Shown: positions 61,301 to 64,000 of the stretch, in pieces | Numbering within the stretch: position 1 is the first letter of the stretch | Layout of the letters: each line of letters begins with the position of its first letter | Source of the DNA: Heterodontus francisci | Taxonomy: Eukaryota | DNA: 64,000 bases | NCBI RefSeq assembly: GCF_036365525.1 | Contig: NC_090409.1 | Span: 31,382,437-31,446,436 of the forward strand | Reading direction: 5' to 3' | Notes under the pieces: generated by a model | The model's database searches: none | Seen by the model: the letters and a program-made list of their open reading frames with translations, nothing else | Told to the model about the DNA's origin: nothing | Made by a program: the position numbers and the translations under genes

Positions 61301-63489
61301 TGGGCAGCGAATTCCAGGTCATTACCACGAGCTGCTTAAGAAAGATCTTCCTCAAATCCCCTCTGCATCTCTAGCCCAAAACTTTCAATCTGTGTCCCCT
61401 AGTCCTTGTACCATCAGCTAATGGGAATGGTATTTCTTTGTCTACCTTATTCAAACCTGTCAGAATCTTGTACACCTCTATCAAATCTCCCCTCAATCTC
61501 CTTTGCACCAAGGAGAACAACCCCAGCTTCTCCAACCTAACCCTGTAACTAAAACCCCTCATTCCCTGGAACCAATCTGGCAAATCTCCTCTGCACCCTC
61601 TGAAGGACCCCTACATCCTTCCTAAAATGTGGTGACCAGAACTGGACGCAATAATCCAAACCAGATGCCTAACCAGGTGCCTAACCAGAGCTTTGTAAAG
61701 GTTCAGTAAAATGTCCCTGCTTTTTTCCTCAATACCTTTATTTATGACGCCCAAGATCCCATAGGCTTTGCTAACTATTCTCTCAATCTATCCTGACGCT
61801 TTCAAAGATCTATGCACATGAGAACGAAAGAACATAAAAACATAATGACATAAGTAATAAGAGCAGGAGTGGCCATTCGGCCCTTCCAGCCTGCTCTACC
61901 ATTTAATAACATCAATAATATCTATCTTGAATATAATCAACGTTTCAGCATTCACAACTGGTTGTTGCAGAGAATTCCAAAGGTTAACAACCCTTATATA
62001 GATAGACAGATAGACAGATAGATATATGGACAGACGGGTAGATAAATAGACCGAGAGAGAGGCAGATAGATAGAGCTAGAGAGAGATTCTGAAACCGCAA
62101 TTGTTTCTCTGAGGGACATGATAACCGCTTGTCTCCCATGTCCTTGTTTAAAACAGAATGTCACAATTATTATATATTAGTGTTTTTCTTAAATCTAAGA
62201 ATACATACCACAGAAATGAAGGACTGACTATTTCCCCCATTGTAAAATCGTGCAACAATAGAACAACGGAAGTAGTTAAATGTACTACAATTCTATTTAT
62301 TGGTTTGGAAATATACTTGGGCAAACATAATGTTATTTGCAGTTCTGCACAATTCCGTTTCTTGTGCTTTATAAAATTTCTATTCACCAATGGACCTCAT
62401 TATAAAGTGACAATATAGCAAACTTTTCTCTGATCACTTGTAGCAATTTCTTTTCCTGGTTAGATCCACCGGAAGTGACGATTACAGGATATGACGGAAA
62501 CTGGCACCTCAACAGACGCAAGGTGAACCTCAGGTGCATTGTTGAGGCCAATCCTCCAGCAACAAGCTATCGCTGGACAATGTATGTAGGCTTACAATAT
62601 ATGTGATATGACACTGTGTGTAATTGTAAGGTTATATCAGGCATCTAGAGCAGAATGAAAATCCAGTACCTATTGCAAACAGTTAACCCCTCTCATATCC
62701 CAGAGAAATATTTAAAGTCCTCGAACATTCTGCATGAGAAAGTAACAACATTTTTGAAGTTATCTATCCATCAGTTGATCTGTTTCTTTATCTCTCTCTA
62801 CCTCTAAATCTCTCATTATTTTTCTGCCCCTCTCTTTCTATCGATATCTCTGTCCCCGCCTAATCTCTCGCTTGCTCCCTCAACCTCTCTCTCCAAACAG
62901 CTATACATCCCGCACAGGAAAGATTTAGGTATTGAGATTTCAATCAGCCCGCATTACTCAAAACTAATCGTTGTTGAAAGATAGCTGCAGTCCCTCTCCA
63001 GCTAAAGGCAGGTTATTAACTGAGGGCCGTGTCTATTCATCTAGGACCACAGGACCAGTACCTGAAAATGCCCGAGTGGAAGGAAATCATCTATTTATAC
63101 GACAAGTCGATTACTCTGTTAATGGGACGTGGGTCTGTGAAGCAACAAACGCCGTTGGAAAAGGGAAGGGTGAAATTGCAGTTGTAGTGAGGGAAATGGA
63201 CGCACTCAGCGCAGGTACACTTCCACTATGTTATTGTGGTTTAACGGCGATGTTGCTACTACATGGAGACAAGAAGAGGTTTATAATGTTGCATGGACAT
63301 GCTAACGTGCACAAGGATTGATTACTTGCATATGCAATAACATTGAGAATACTTTCTTTGTTCAAATGTTTATAGGCGAGTCCTTTGGATCCACCGTGGT
63401 GTACATTGTCATCGGAACAGTCATTGGGGTCTTGTTCATTGCTGTCTTACTATCCGTTGTGATAGTCAAAAAAAGACGGACAATCGATG
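55296..63489 (+). CDS. Gene C (spliced, 3' end outside window): nectin-1-like three-Ig-domain type I membrane protein
   Basis: Exons 55296-55344, 57841-58188, 60561-60854, 62464-62581, 63045-63214, 63376-63489. All GT-AG, same phases as gene B, open frame. Confidence 0.9.
56384..56985. other. Assembly gap (N run) in gene C intron 1
   Basis: Run of N characters. Confidence 1.
57841..58188 (+). CDS. Gene C exon 2, IgV domain
   Basis: LPC..VVQVTW..AVYNPHFG (A-x6-G)..RITF..DEGLYSCEVNVFPTG; ccctgcag acceptor; 348 nt. Confidence 0.94.
58290..59010 (+). mobile_element. Penelope-derived 3' fragment
   Basis: cattggggaaaccc...gcttgccatttcaac...gaggaacagcatctc, homologous to 53590-54290. Confidence 0.75.
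59270..60290 (-). mobile_element. CR1 3' fragments (with internal insertion)
   Basis: CR1 3' UTR (gaaataggagcaggagtaggcc) and ORF2 C-terminal antisense sequence. Confidence 0.7.
60561..60854 (+). CDS. Gene C exon 3, second Ig domain
   Basis: AKPMN..IASCTAANGKPAAVVTW..ENPNRTVTVISQYRIVPTR..VTCVVSH, close to nectin-1 D2 pattern; 294 nt, as in gene B. Confidence 0.94.
61130..61820 (-). mobile_element. CR1 3' fragment
   Basis: LEKLGLFSLVQRRLRGDLIEVYKIL..TRGH on the minus strand. Confidence 0.8.
62464..62581 (+). CDS. Gene C exon 4 (YPPEVTITGYDGNWHLNRRKVNLRCIVEANPPATSYRWTM)
   Basis: 118 nt, phase 1->2, strongly similar to gene B exon 4. Confidence 0.93.
63045..63214 (+). CDS. Gene C exon 5, second half of third Ig domain
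   Basis: TTGPVPENARVEGNHLFIRQVDYSVNGTWVCEATNAVGKGKGEIAVVVRE; 170 nt, phase 2->1. Confidence 0.92.
63376..63489 (+). CDS. Gene C exon 6, transmembrane (GESFGSTVVYIVIGTVIGVLFIAVLLSVVIVKKRRTID)
   Basis: Hydrophobic helix followed by KKRR; tttatag acceptor and G|gtaagc donor. Confidence 0.92.
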
Positions 63490-63544
63490 GTAAGCAATAT
63501 AAAATGTTTATGGGTCCATGTACAATTTCACTTTGCGGAAGATG

Positions 63545-63960
63545 CAGGGTTGGTTGATCAATTGCGATTTGGCAGTCGCATAGCCAAGGGCCCTCTGTAT
63601 GGTGAAGTAGCCAGGGCCAGTGGGCCGGTGGGGCAGCCGAAGGTCTTCTTCAAGGATGCTTGCAGGTGCGACATGAAGGCCCTAAATGTCACCTATTGGG
63701 ATTCTCCAACTGGCAAACGAGGGGAATGGCGACACATCCTGTTCACTGGTGTGTACTACCATGATGACCAGTTGCTACAGCAGCTTGGTAACAGGCGCCA
63801 ACATCAAAAACACTTCTCACTGCATCACTCAGCAGCTTCACATGCGGCACTTGTGGCAGAACCTGCCTCTCGAGGATTGGCCTTAACAGCCATCAGCAAA
63901 GGTGCACCAGGAGAAGACACCCCACCTCAATGGATTGTTTGCTGAGTGTTCATCATCTTG
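63545..63960 (+). mobile_element. RTE-clade LINE 3' fragment
   Basis: RIAKGPLYGEV..G.PK..FKD.C..DMKA resembles the RTE ORF C-terminus (RIPK.LLYGEL..GRP..RFKD). Confidence 0.65.
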
Positions 63961-64000
63961 CATAGATGGACGACAACCAATTTGGCCTTTAACCACTGAG

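Noticed and set aside
37359-63489. Assigning NECTIN1, PVR or CD96 symbols to genes B and C
   Set aside because: The ectodomains are nectin-like, but the gene B tail, the lack of a CD96-type mucin stalk and the tandem duplication do not support 1:1 orthology without a phylogeny.

Overview
Repeat-rich vertebrate genomic DNA, most likely from a cartilaginous fish (inferred from HE1/V-SINE-type and DeuSINE-type SINEs, shark-style CR1 and Penelope elements, and a GPR139-like GPCR relic). Hand-splicing with GT-AG sites and exon phases reveals a head-to-tail cluster of three + strand Ig-superfamily receptor genes that the ORF track shows only in fragments. Gene A is represented by its last two cytoplasmic exons (8697-9668; ITIM IVYASL plus ITSM TIYGVV). 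Gene B is complete (8 exons, 37359-51731, 404 aa): signal peptide, nectin/PVR-type V-C-C ectodomain, TM segment and a three-tyrosine tail (VVYHNV, IVYASL, TVYADV), with no afadin-binding C-terminus. Gene C is represented by its first 6 exons (55296-63489; nectin-1-like ectodomain and TM), with the tail outside the window. Other features: a >8.6-kb 32-bp minisatellite, probably in a gene A intron; a GPR139-like pseudogene split by two tandem Tx1-type LINE fragments with a triplicated 10-bp target site; a 289-bp near-perfect palindrome with two CTCF-like motifs; many CR1/L2-group, Penelope, RTE and SINE copies; and a ~600-nt assembly gap. All family assignments come from motif recognition, not database searches.
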